A DNA stretch of 64,000 bases, from assembly GCA_937148845.1 (NCBI GenBank), contig CAKZRW010000066.1, forward strand, positions 92 through 64,091. Direction: 5' to 3'. Below, in pieces: positions 10,258 to 18,965 of the stretch. Source of the DNA: an uncultured Actinomycetes bacterium. Lineage in GTDB: Bacteria; Actinomycetota; Thermoleophilia; RBG-16-64-13. The number at the start of each line of letters is the position of its first letter. Within the stretch, counting starts at the first letter, position 1. The position numbers and the translations under genes are program-made. The notes below the pieces were generated by a model. That model was given only the letters and a program-made list of their open reading frames with translations. It did not search any database and had not been told where the DNA came from.

Positions 10258-11234
10258 CCCAGTGGCTCTCCCTGATCCGGGGGCAACTCCCTCAGCCCGG
10301 GCACTCCGCCCTTACCTTCCGCTTGCTCTACCGCCCGGCGTATGGCGCGGGCTACCACTTCTGCCGCAGCCACGCCGACCTGAAAGACGTTGCCGGGCAC
10401 CTTTCCGGTGGCAAGGACGAAAACGGCATCTCCGTCCACCGGAGTATGCACCGGATCGATGGCTCGGGCGAACCCGTCGTGGCACAGTCGAGCCACGATC
10501 CCGCACTGAAGCTTATCCAGCGCGGCGTCTGTCATCACCACGGCAAGAGTAGTCGCTTCCACCGCGTTGAACACCGGCGCGCTGGGCAGGGAGAGAAGCC
10601 GCCGACTGCTCCTGATGAAGACTCCGTTCTCGCGGGCCCCGGCCAGCACCGAACCGTCCTCGGCCAGCACGTCTCCCAGGGCGTTCACGACCGCAAGCGC
10701 AGCAACCGTGATACCGGCACCGATGGTAGCCCGGGCCAGTCCCACGCCCCCCTTCACAGCCCCGGTCATGCCGAGGAGCTTGCCTACGGTAGCGCCTGTA
10801 CCTGCTCCCACCGAGCCCTCGGTCAAAGCGCCCGTGCCTTCGTAGGCGGAAAGAGTCGCCAGATAGGCATCGTGAGGCTGAGGACAGGCAGACGGATCCC
10901 CTAGACCCAGGTCATATACCACTGCTCCGGCCACTAGCGGCACGCGGGCATAAGGGGTTCGGTAACCCAGCCCTCGCTCCCGCAGGAAACGGCTCACCCC
11001 GGCGGCTGCCGCTAGCCCGGGAGCGCTGCCTCCGGTGAGAAGAACGCCGTGGAGTTCGCGCACAGAGGCGTAGGGAGATAACAGGGCGGTCTCCAGCGTT
11101 CCCGGGGCTCCTCCCCTGATATCGACCGAGGCGGTCGCCCCTTGGGGGGCAAGCACCACCGTGCACCCGGTCAGGCCCACATAGTCAGAGTGGTGGCCGA
11201 TGAAGATACCGTCAAGCCCGGGGACCGCCGTCAT
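10254..11234 (-). CDS. P1/S58 family peptidase (DmpA/L-aminopeptidase D-esterase-like)
   Basis: GLTGCTVVL, DIRGGAPGT, LLTGGSA.GL, EATTLAVVMTDA and PVDGDAVFVLATG motifs. Confidence 0.8.
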   Translation of the reverse strand: MTAVPGLDGIFIGHHSDYVGLTGCTVVLAPQGATASVDIRGGAPGTLETALLSPYASVRELHGVLLTGGSAPGLAAAAGVSRFLRERGLGYRTPYARVPLVAGAVVYDLGLGDPSACPQPHDAYLATLSAYEGTGALTEGSVGAGTGATVGKLLGMTGAVKGGVGLARATIGAGITVAALAVVNALGDVLAEDGSVLAGARENGVFIRSSRRLLSLPSAPVFNAVEATTLAVVMTDAALDKLQCGIVARLCHDGFARAIDPVHTPVDGDAVFVLATGKVPGNVFQVGVAAAEVVARAIRRAVEQAEGKGGVPGLRELPPDQGEPLG

Positions 11235-11250
11235 GGCCTTGTCGTACGGA

Positions 11251-12543
11251 TCAGCGCGAGTTCTTCCTCATCTGCTCGAGGAACTCGGCGTTGGACCTGG
11301 TCTCCTTGAGTTTTTGGATGAGCAGTTCAATGGCCGCGTTCGGGTCGAGCGCGTGCAACACGGAGCGAAGTTTCCAGATCATCTTCGCTTCGGCCGGATC
11401 CAAGAGCAACTCTTCTTTTCGCGTACCGGAGTTCTCGATATCGATAGCTGGAAAGATGCGTTTGTTGGCAAGCTGTCTGGTGAGACGGACCTCCCAGTTG
11501 CCAGTGCCCTTGAACTCCTCGAAGATGACCTCGTCCATCCGCGATCCCGTCTCCACAAGGGCCGTGGCCAGAATGGTAAGCGAACCACCTTCCTCGATAT
11601 TGCGGGCCGCTCCGAAGAACTTCTTGGGCGGATAGAGGGCAGTAGAGTCAACACCCCCGGACAAGATACGCCCGCTGGCCGGTGCCATCAGGTTGTAGGC
11701 CCTGGCCATCCGGGTAATGGAGTCCAACAGAACCACCACGTCTTTACCGATCTCGACCAGACGCTTGACCCGTTCGAGTACCAGTTCCGTCACCTGGATG
11801 TGGTTCTCCCCTGGTTGGTCGAACGTGGAGGCCACCACCTCGCCGTTGACTGTGCGCTCCATGTCGGTGACTTCTTCCGGGCGCTCGTCAACCAAGAGGA
11901 CGATCAGGTGCACCTCGGGGTTGTTGATGCTTATGGCATGTGCAATGTCTTTGAGGATGGTGGTCTTACCGGCCTTGGGAGGCGAGACTATCAGACCACG
12001 CTGCCCTTTCCCCAAGGGACTGATGATGTCCATCACGCGGGCCGATATGCGGTCGGGCGTGGTTTCCAAGCGCAGTCTTTCCGTCGGGAAGAGGGGAGTC
12101 AGTGACTCGAAATTCGGCCGGTGCCGCGCCTGCTCCGGGTCCATGCCGTTAACGGACTGTATCTTGAGCAAAGCATGGTACTTCTCGTTGTCGCGCGGCA
12201 TCCGCACCTGACCGGTTATCTCGTCGCCCCGTCTGAGCTTGAACCTCCGTATCTGCGACAAGGAGACGTAGATGTCGGAGTCCGACTGGGTATAGCCCTG
12301 GGTACGCAGGAAGCCGTAACCGTCGGGCAAGATGTCGAGCAGGCCAGTGCGGAACTGAAGACCGCGGTCCTGGGACTGCTCGTTCAGGATCTTCATGATG
12401 AGATCCTGTTTCGAGTACTTGCGGTAGTTCTTGATGCCCAGCTCGCCCGCTATGATGTGCAGATCGGACAGCAGTTTGGGCTCGATCTCGTTCGCGGCAG
12501 TAGTCTTCACCGCGAGTGCCTGTTGTTCTTCATGCTCTTCCAC
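11251..12543 (-). CDS. rho: Transcription termination factor Rho
   Basis: Full-length Rho: N-terminal RNA-binding domain, GKGQRGLIVSPPKAGKT Walker A, and the C-terminal motif string. Confidence 0.95.
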   Translation of the reverse strand: MEEHEEQQALAVKTTAANEIEPKLLSDLHIIAGELGIKNYRKYSKQDLIMKILNEQSQDRGLQFRTGLLDILPDGYGFLRTQGYTQSDSDIYVSLSQIRRFKLRRGDEITGQVRMPRDNEKYHALLKIQSVNGMDPEQARHRPNFESLTPLFPTERLRLETTPDRISARVMDIISPLGKGQRGLIVSPPKAGKTTILKDIAHAISINNPEVHLIVLLVDERPEEVTDMERTVNGEVVASTFDQPGENHIQVTELVLERVKRLVEIGKDVVVLLDSITRMARAYNLMAPASGRILSGGVDSTALYPPKKFFGAARNIEEGGSLTILATALVETGSRMDEVIFEEFKGTGNWEVRLTRQLANKRIFPAIDIENSGTRKEELLLDPAEAKMIWKLRSVLHALDPNAAIELLIQKLKETRSNAEFLEQMRKNSR

Positions 12544-12585
12544 TTTCGTTCTTCTCTTCCTCCATGTTGCGCTGGTTTGACACTT

Positions 12586-13596
12586 CTAGCGCAGAGTGAG
12601 ATGCACCCCTGCCCCATCCTCGTTGCGGTGCAAGGTCCGGACGGTCCTCACTGCCTTACACCGCGAACAGATCACTAGCGTCTCCGTACAGACTCCCTCG
12701 CTGCGCCTTTCGACCCCCCGCAGGAAACGTCCCCCGGTGACGGCCGTGGCCACAAACACCACGCCCTCTCCCACCAAGTCGGTGGTGCTCAGTTTGGCTT
12801 CGAAATCTGCGAGACCGAACGACTGCAGCTCTTCCACCTGCCGCCGGGATACGGGCCAGAAACGCGCCTGGATGTGCCCACCCAGACCCCGTAGAGCGGC
12901 GGCCGCGATGACGGCCTCGATGGAGCCGCCGATGCCGATGCAGATGTCCACGCCTGCGTCCTTGACCGCGGCTGCCAGACCAGCCGAGATGTCCCCATCG
13001 GGGATAAGGCGCAGCCGGGCTCCTGCCTCCCTGATTTCCGCGCACAGCCGTTCGTGCCGTGGCCGGTCTAGCACGGCCACCACCAGCTCCTGCGTCGGCC
13101 GGTTCAACGCGATCGCCAGGTTCCGCAGGTTCTTGCCGACAGGTGCATCCAGATCGAGCGAGCCCTTGATCGAGCCGCCGGTCATGATCTTCTCCATGTA
13201 CATCTCAGGGACCGCTAGCAGACTACCGAGCGGCCCGGCCGCGAGCATCGAGAGTGCCCCCTCGGCTCCCCGAGCCAGCGGCTCTCTTCCCTCCAGGGGC
13301 AGCGTCACTATGTCCCACCCTTCCCCCGCATCCCCCCACTCTTGTCCCGCCCGGAGAGCCCCGGGCCCTCCCGACCCTTTGGTCGCTACCACTCGGGTCT
13401 TGACCGAAACCTGTGACAACGCCTCCGCCATGGCTGCCTGCGCAGCCAGGTCGGCCGCGACTCCGTCGCCCCGGCCCAGCCACTGCGCCGCGGCCAGGGC
13501 CGCAGCTTCGGTCACCGCCTGGAAGTGGCGGCAGCCACAAGAGACCTCAGGCCACACGGACGCCCTCTGCTTCCTCGATGACGTCGTACAACGCAT
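12586..13596 (-). CDS. GlpX-family (class II fructose-1,6-bisphosphatase-like) protein with a divergent active site
   Basis: VTEAAALAAAQWLGRGD, YMEKI, IPDGDI and GIGGS.E are GlpX-like, but conserved GEGE and VDP(I/L)EGT are replaced (see finding). The start (ATG 13596 or GTG 13557) overlaps the 2PGK stop. Confidence 0.75.
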   Translation of the reverse strand: MRCTTSSRKQRASVWPEVSCGCRHFQAVTEAAALAAAQWLGRGDGVAADLAAQAAMAEALSQVSVKTRVVATKGSGGPGALRAGQEWGDAGEGWDIVTLPLEGREPLARGAEGALSMLAAGPLGSLLAVPEMYMEKIMTGGSIKGSLDLDAPVGKNLRNLAIALNRPTQELVVAVLDRPRHERLCAEIREAGARLRLIPDGDISAGLAAAVKDAGVDICIGIGGSIEAVIAAAALRGLGGHIQARFWPVSRRQVEELQSFGLADFEAKLSTTDLVGEGVVFVATAVTGGRFLRGVERRSEGVCTETLVICSRCKAVRTVRTLHRNEDGAGVHLTLR

Positions 13597-14464
13597 CTAC
13601 GATGGACACCACCGTGTCATCGATGTTCACGTTGTCGACCACCAGCGTCCCTTCTCTTTCGGCCTGTTCCAGGATGAAATCCTGTATGCGGCGTATCTCG
13701 GAGAAGTTGCGCAAGTAACGAGCCACCGCTCGCTTACCGGCAGTCTCTTGTTCGCGGACCAACAGATGGCTGCGGTGCAGCTCCTCATCCTGGACTGACA
13801 CGACCAAGGGGAGCAGGAAGACCTCCGGCACCCTCTCCTTGGCCCCCATGGAGGCCAGCATGCCCGGCACCATATGTACACCTTCCACCACTATGCTCGT
13901 GTGCTCCTGGATGGAGCGGTCGATGATGGCAAGAACACCCACATTGACCATCTCCACCTGCTCCATGAAACCCAGCATGCGATGATCGACGTCGCCTCCG
14001 ACCGGGATGCGTACCGCGCGAGCCGCCTCGTAACTGGAGTAGTGGATAGCAGGCATCAGACTCTTGGAGAAGAATGCCCGCATGGCCTCCCGGATGGAGT
14101 CGGTGGAGATGATGCGCACGATGCCCAGTCGGTTGGCCAGACGCGCGGCAATGGTGCTCTTGCCCACCCCCGTGGCTCCCCCTATCAGGATCACCACGGG
14201 CTTATCCTCAGCGGCCACCTTGTTCCACAGCCGATATCTTTGCAGGTACCGATCCTCTCCCAGGCCGGCGAGCACGTTTTCCACCATCATGCGCAGATGG
14301 TCCAATCCCACTTCACTTCTGCCCGTCTGAGACAGACGACTCTCCACCTCGAGTGCCACCACGTAGGAGCGCTCCGGGGGAAGACCGGTCGAGGTCAAAG
14401 CAGTGGCCAGCAGCCCCTTGGAGAAGGGGACCTTATGACCCTCGCTCACGAGATGGATGATCAC
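13547..14464 (-). CDS. 2-phosphoglycerate kinase (ATP-cone + P-loop kinase)
   Basis: N-terminal ATP-cone-like segment, then VVILIGGATGVGKSTIA and RIISTDSIRE, which I recognise as the 2PGK family of methanogens. Confidence 0.75.
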   Translation of the reverse strand: MIIHLVSEGHKVPFSKGLLATALTSTGLPPERSYVVALEVESRLSQTGRSEVGLDHLRMMVENVLAGLGEDRYLQRYRLWNKVAAEDKPVVILIGGATGVGKSTIAARLANRLGIVRIISTDSIREAMRAFFSKSLMPAIHYSSYEAARAVRIPVGGDVDHRMLGFMEQVEMVNVGVLAIIDRSIQEHTSIVVEGVHMVPGMLASMGAKERVPEVFLLPLVVSVQDEELHRSHLLVREQETAGKRAVARYLRNFSEIRRIQDFILEQAEREGTLVVDNVNIDDTVVSIVDALYDVIEEAEGVRVA

Positions 14465-14468
14465 GCGG

Positions 14469-15869
14469 TCATACTCCCTGTGCGAACCTTTTCCTGGCCA
14501 AAGCCGCCAGTCTGTCGACCAGTTCTCTCAAGTGTCCCTCGCGCACTCCTTCTGCCTCCACCGGAACATTGTCGACGAACACGATGGGCAGCCCCCGCTT
14601 GTCGGCCTCCTCCGCCACCAGGTCTATGGAGGCAGCCTTGATCTCCGTAAGCACCAGCTCCACCTTCGCCATGGCCGGGCTCTCCAACGCCTCTCGCAAC
14701 CCCCTCCGGTCAGCCAGTCGGCAGCACACCAACTCGACCTGGCACCCCCACTGCTCTTGCAGGTGCCGGGCCAGATGCGGCCCCAACTCCGCAGGCGCGG
14801 TCGTGAAGAAGGCCACCCTTCGACCACTAACCTCCGCCTGGGGCCGAGGCCTGAACACTACCGGCACCGCCTCGATGCCTGGCTTCACACCCCGCACCGC
14901 GTCGACCAGGAGATTCACCTGGGCATCGCGGGCAAGCGGCTCCTCGGCCATGGTGACCACCACCGCGTCGCTCACCAGCGTCCGGTACCTGCCCAGGTAC
15001 CCAGCCACATGTGCGAGCGGCTGCTGAGCTCCCACCACCAACAACGTGACGTCACTGGCGACAGGAGGCAGCGCGGCCCCACTTCCTTCCAGGACCACGA
15101 AGTCCGCATGTAGCTGGTTGGCGAGCCTCACCCCTTCGGCGAAATTCGAGGAAAAGGGTGCGCCAGCCAATCCACCGCCACAGCGCCTACAGCCCACCGC
15201 CATCACGCCCGCCAAGACCGCATCTTCGAAATGGTCCGACGCGGCATGCCGACCCTGTCGACTGAGAGCAAGCAGATCGACCGCTTGCAGGCGCCCATCC
15301 CGACCGTCCACGATCTCGGGTACTGCAGGCCCCCCTCTTCCCATAGCCACTACCACCACGGGCGGCGCTCCCGGGGGCGCAGAGACCCCTCCAGCCTCAG
15401 CGGTCTCCCGGATCCTGCGGGCTACGTAACCGCTGACCCCTGTCTTGCCTACTCTCTTACCCGTGCCGATGACTGCTAGCGACGGACTTGAGCAAAGGCG
15501 TTGACGAGCCGGGGCATGGAAACGGAAATCGGAACCTACATAGTCGATGTTGCGTGCCAGACTCTCACTGATGAGGCAGAAACGCTTTTCGTATCCTAGC
15601 ACTGGTTCATCGCTCAGGTCAACGACTACCTCCGGGCGGAACTGCTCCATCGCCCTGGCTAGGGTCTCCACCACATCTTCTCCGAAAAGCACGGGCAAGC
15701 CGTAGACCTGCTCCGCTTCCTCCCGAAGGCCGGTCACTCTTATCTTCTCCGCCCCCCCGACGAACACCGCAGCGAGGAACTCATATTCCTCGGCAGCGCA
15801 TCTCAACGTGTCGGCCACCACCGGCGGGTAGTGCTCGCCGTCGATCAGGGCTAAGGCTCTTCGTCTCAT
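14469..15869 (-). CDS. Cyclic 2,3-diphosphoglycerate synthetase
   Basis: LIDGEHYPPV, DLSDEPV, GTGKRVGKT, AMGRGGP, HAASDH, VGCRRCGGG and VLEGSGAA appear in the same order as I recall for Methanothermus fervidus cDPGS. The length matches too (466 aa). Confidence 0.75.
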   Translation of the reverse strand: MRRRALALIDGEHYPPVVADTLRCAAEEYEFLAAVFVGGAEKIRVTGLREEAEQVYGLPVLFGEDVVETLARAMEQFRPEVVVDLSDEPVLGYEKRFCLISESLARNIDYVGSDFRFHAPARQRLCSSPSLAVIGTGKRVGKTGVSGYVARRIRETAEAGGVSAPPGAPPVVVVAMGRGGPAVPEIVDGRDGRLQAVDLLALSRQGRHAASDHFEDAVLAGVMAVGCRRCGGGLAGAPFSSNFAEGVRLANQLHADFVVLEGSGAALPPVASDVTLLVVGAQQPLAHVAGYLGRYRTLVSDAVVVTMAEEPLARDAQVNLLVDAVRGVKPGIEAVPVVFRPRPQAEVSGRRVAFFTTAPAELGPHLARHLQEQWGCQVELVCCRLADRRGLREALESPAMAKVELVLTEIKAASIDLVAEEADKRGLPIVFVDNVPVEAEGVREGHLRELVDRLAALARKRFAQGV

Positions 15870-16624
15870 CAGCTCTTCGAGCGGTCGAACTCCACTATCG
15901 GCTCTTCCCCGTGGAAAGGAAAGCGCCGAGTAACCACCACGTGGCAGTCTTCGATCTTGATCACGTTGTAGCAGGGCTTGGTGTCGCCGCGAAGACGTAG
16001 AGTCGATACCGTACCGGCGTTGACGATGTACATGTTCTCAAGGCGCCAGGCGTAAGGCACGTGTTTGTGCCCAGAGAGAACGAGCTCCACCCCGCACTCG
16101 ATCAGGACTTCGAGCACATCGCCGGCGTCGTTCACGATGTTGCGCTCCCGGCCAGTACCGGGGATGGGCAGCAGATGGTGGTGGAGTACGAAGATCTTGA
16201 AATCGTCGGGTCTCTCCAAGAAAGCCTGCCTTATCCAGGGATACCGGTGGCGACCGATGCGACCGTTGTCCAGGTCGGGCTCCGTGGAATCCACCCCCAC
16301 GATGGTCACGCCGGGTTTGCGTATCACCGTCTCCCGACTGGCGAACAGGCGCTCGAAGTGAGCATAGCCCACGTTGCGACTGTCGTGGTTCCCCGGCACC
16401 ACTAGGACGTCAGGACAGCTCAACCGGTCCAGGTATTCCTTCGCCTCGCGGAACTCCTGGCGAAAACCCATATTGGTGAGGTCTCCGGTCACCACCACCA
16501 CGTCCGGTCCCAGGTCGTTCACCTCCACCAGAGCGCGGTCGAGCAGGTTGGAAACGAAGTACTGGGAGCCAGTGTGAAGGTCGGAAAGATGGGCGATGAC
16601 GCAGGAACACTGTTGGTCTGGCAT
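15869..16624 (-). CDS. Calcineurin-like metallophosphoesterase
   Basis: HLSDLH, TGDLT, GNHD and VLHHH / GHKH motifs. Its stop overlaps the cDPGS start (TGATG). Confidence 0.8.
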   Translation of the reverse strand: MPDQQCSCVIAHLSDLHTGSQYFVSNLLDRALVEVNDLGPDVVVVTGDLTNMGFRQEFREAKEYLDRLSCPDVLVVPGNHDSRNVGYAHFERLFASRETVIRKPGVTIVGVDSTEPDLDNGRIGRHRYPWIRQAFLERPDDFKIFVLHHHLLPIPGTGRERNIVNDAGDVLEVLIECGVELVLSGHKHVPYAWRLENMYIVNAGTVSTLRLRGDTKPCYNVIKIEDCHVVVTRRFPFHGEEPIVEFDRSKS

Positions 16625-16629
16625 CGCGT

Positions 16630-17685
16630 TTACTCCGTGCCGGCTATCAGTTCCTCTACACGCCCCAGGTCAGCAGGACAATGAAGGATAGGCCGAGACT
16701 GTTCGATAGCTATCTGCGGGTCCTTGAGACCGTGACCCGTCAACACGCAGACCACGGTGTCCCCGACAGGAAGCCCCCTTTCCCGGTACTTGAGGAGGCC
16801 GGCGACACTGGCTGCTGAAGCTGGCTCGCAGAACACCCCCTCCCTCTGCGCCAGCAACCGTTGTGCCGCCAATATCTCCTCGTCGGTCACGTCACGGATC
16901 GCACCTCCCGACTCCCGAGCGGCACCTAGAGCCTCCTCGCCCCGAGCGGGATTGCCGATGCGGATGGCGGTAGCCACAGTCTCCGGGTTCTCTACGGGAT
17001 AGCCGCGCACCAACGGATTGGCACCCTCGGCCTGGAACCCCCAGACTACCGGCAGGCGTTTGGCCGTGCCCCGGGACTGATACTCCTTGAAGCCTTTCCA
17101 GTACGAGGTGATGTTGCCGGCATTTCCCACCGGGATGGAGAGTAACGCAGGGGCCTCCCCCAGGCTGTCGACTATCTCGAAAGCGGCTGTCTTCTGCCCT
17201 TCGATCCGGTACGGGTTGAGCGAATTCACCAGGGTGATGGGGTGGCGTTCGGCGATCTCCTTGACATAACTCAGGGCCAGGTCGAAATTGCCATCTATAG
17301 CTATAGCCACCGCTCCGTGCATGAGCGCTTGTGAAAGCTTGCCCATGGCGATCTTCCCCTCGGGGATGAGCACCACGCAACGCATCCCCGCCCTGGCCGC
17401 ATAGGCGGCCGCAGAGGCAGAAGTGTTCCCGGTCGAAGCGCAGATGACCGCTCTCGAACCCTCCTCCACCGCCCGAGTGATGGCTACCGTCATGCCTCTG
17501 TCCTTGAAAGACCCGGTGGGGTTGGCCGCTTCATACTTGAGGAAGACCCGGCAGGCCAGCTCCTGGCTGAGCCAAGGGGCTGGGATCAGGGGGGTACTAC
17601 CTTCCCCCAGCGTGACCGGCGGGGTGTCTGCGCGCAGGGGCAGATGCTCGCGATACCTCTCGATGACACCGAACGGCGCCTTCAT
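16630..17685 (-). CDS. thrC: Threonine synthase
   Basis: [12 protein letters not shown]-lysine motif and a full-length ThrC-like sequence. Confidence 0.92.
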   Translation of the reverse strand: MKAPFGVIERYREHLPLRADTPPVTLGEGSTPLIPAPWLSQELACRVFLKYEAANPTGSFKDRGMTVAITRAVEEGSRAVICASTGNTSASAAAYAARAGMRCVVLIPEGKIAMGKLSQALMHGAVAIAIDGNFDLALSYVKEIAERHPITLVNSLNPYRIEGQKTAAFEIVDSLGEAPALLSIPVGNAGNITSYWKGFKEYQSRGTAKRLPVVWGFQAEGANPLVRGYPVENPETVATAIRIGNPARGEEALGAARESGGAIRDVTDEEILAAQRLLAQREGVFCEPASAASVAGLLKYRERGLPVGDTVVCVLTGHGLKDPQIAIEQSRPILHCPADLGRVEELIAGTE

Positions 17686-18965
17686 CAGAGCACCCTCAGG
17701 GTCCTGGGGCTACTCTTGCAGCAGGAGAGTCCCTTGACCTGCTCGATGGCAGCGAAGAAACCTGCTTCCTTGGTGGGATGGGTGATGAGCACTAGTTCGG
17801 CCTCAGCCCCCCGCCCTTTCTGGAGCATGCTGGCAACGGAAACGGAATACTCACCGAAGACGGAGGCTATCTGGGCGAGTACTCCGGCGCGGTCTTCCAC
17901 GTTCATCTTGATGAAGAATGCCGACTCCACTTCGCTCGCGGGCAGGAACTCCAGACTCCGGTAGCAGGAGCAGCTCTGCAGGAAACCGACATCCTTGGTG
18001 TTAGCGATGGACACGATATCGCTGACCACCGCGGTGGCCGTAGGCCGGCCTCCCGCTCCCGGGCCCATCAGCATGATTTCGCCGATCTCATCCCCTTGCA
18101 AGAACACGGCATTATTGGACCCCTCGATCGAAGCCAAGGGATGTGACTGGGGCACCAAAGCCGGGAACACCCGCACACTCACTCTGTTACCGATGAGGCG
18201 CGCCGCTCCAATGAGTTTGACCACAAAACCCAGCCCCTTGGCGTAGCGCACATCCTCCAAGGTCACGTCTTGGATGCCCGTGTAGCTGACATCGGCCAAT
18301 GTCACCCGGCTGTGAAAAGCGATGGAGCCCAGGATGGCCATCTTGGCGGCAGCGTCTGCCCCGCCCACATCGGCGGTGGGGTCAGCCTCGGCGTAGCCCA
18401 ACCGCTGGGCCTCAGCCAGGATCTCAGCATAGTCACCCTCTTCATGATGCATGCGGGTGAGAATGTAGTTGGTCGTCCCGTTCACGATTCCGTAGACGGT
18501 CTTAAGGCCGGCCGCGATCATGCTTTCCCGCATCACCTTGATGATAGGTATGGCTCCAGCTACCGAGGCCTCGAACCGCAAGTGGCGTCGCTCTTCGCGG
18601 GCCAGGGTGAACAGCGCTTGACCCCGCGTAGCAAGGAGTTGCTTATTGGCAGTGACCACATCCTTGCCCTTCCGCATGGCGGCATCCAGGAAGTCGAAGG
18701 CGGCCTCAGTGCCGCCGATCACCTCCACTACGATAGCGATGCTGGGATCGTCTACGATCTCCACGAAATCAGTGGTGAAGAGCCCGGCGGGAGCATCCGG
18801 AGGCACCTTCCGCGGGTCAATCTCGAGGATCTTGGCTACCTGCAGATCGACTCCAGTGCCCTCTAGTATCTGGCCGTGCTCTTGCTGGATCAGACGATAG
18901 ACACTGGACCCGATAGTGCCGAATCCCAGCAACCCGATCCTCACAATCCTCTCGCGGTTCATCAT
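17685..18965 (-). CDS. hom: Homoserine dehydrogenase
   Basis: [10 protein letters not shown] Rossmann motif, catalytic domain and C-terminal ACT domain. Confidence 0.92.
   Translation of the reverse strand: MMNRERIVRIGLLGFGTIGSSVYRLIQQEHGQILEGTGVDLQVAKILEIDPRKVPPDAPAGLFTTDFVEIVDDPSIAIVVEVIGGTEAAFDFLDAAMRKGKDVVTANKQLLATRGQALFTLAREERRHLRFEASVAGAIPIIKVMRESMIAAGLKTVYGIVNGTTNYILTRMHHEEGDYAEILAEAQRLGYAEADPTADVGGADAAAKMAILGSIAFHSRVTLADVSYTGIQDVTLEDVRYAKGLGFVVKLIGAARLIGNRVSVRVFPALVPQSHPLASIEGSNNAVFLQGDEIGEIMLMGPGAGGRPTATAVVSDIVSIANTKDVGFLQSCSCYRSLEFLPASEVESAFFIKMNVEDRAGVLAQIASVFGEYSVSVASMLQKGRGAEAELVLITHPTKEAGFFAAIEQVKGLSCCKSSPRTLRVL

Noticed and set aside
11200-13798. ORFs 11200..12105 (+), 12121..12678 (+) and 12596..13798 (+) opposite rho and the GlpX-like gene
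   Set aside because: Ser/Pro/Arg-rich translations lying opposite conserved genes.
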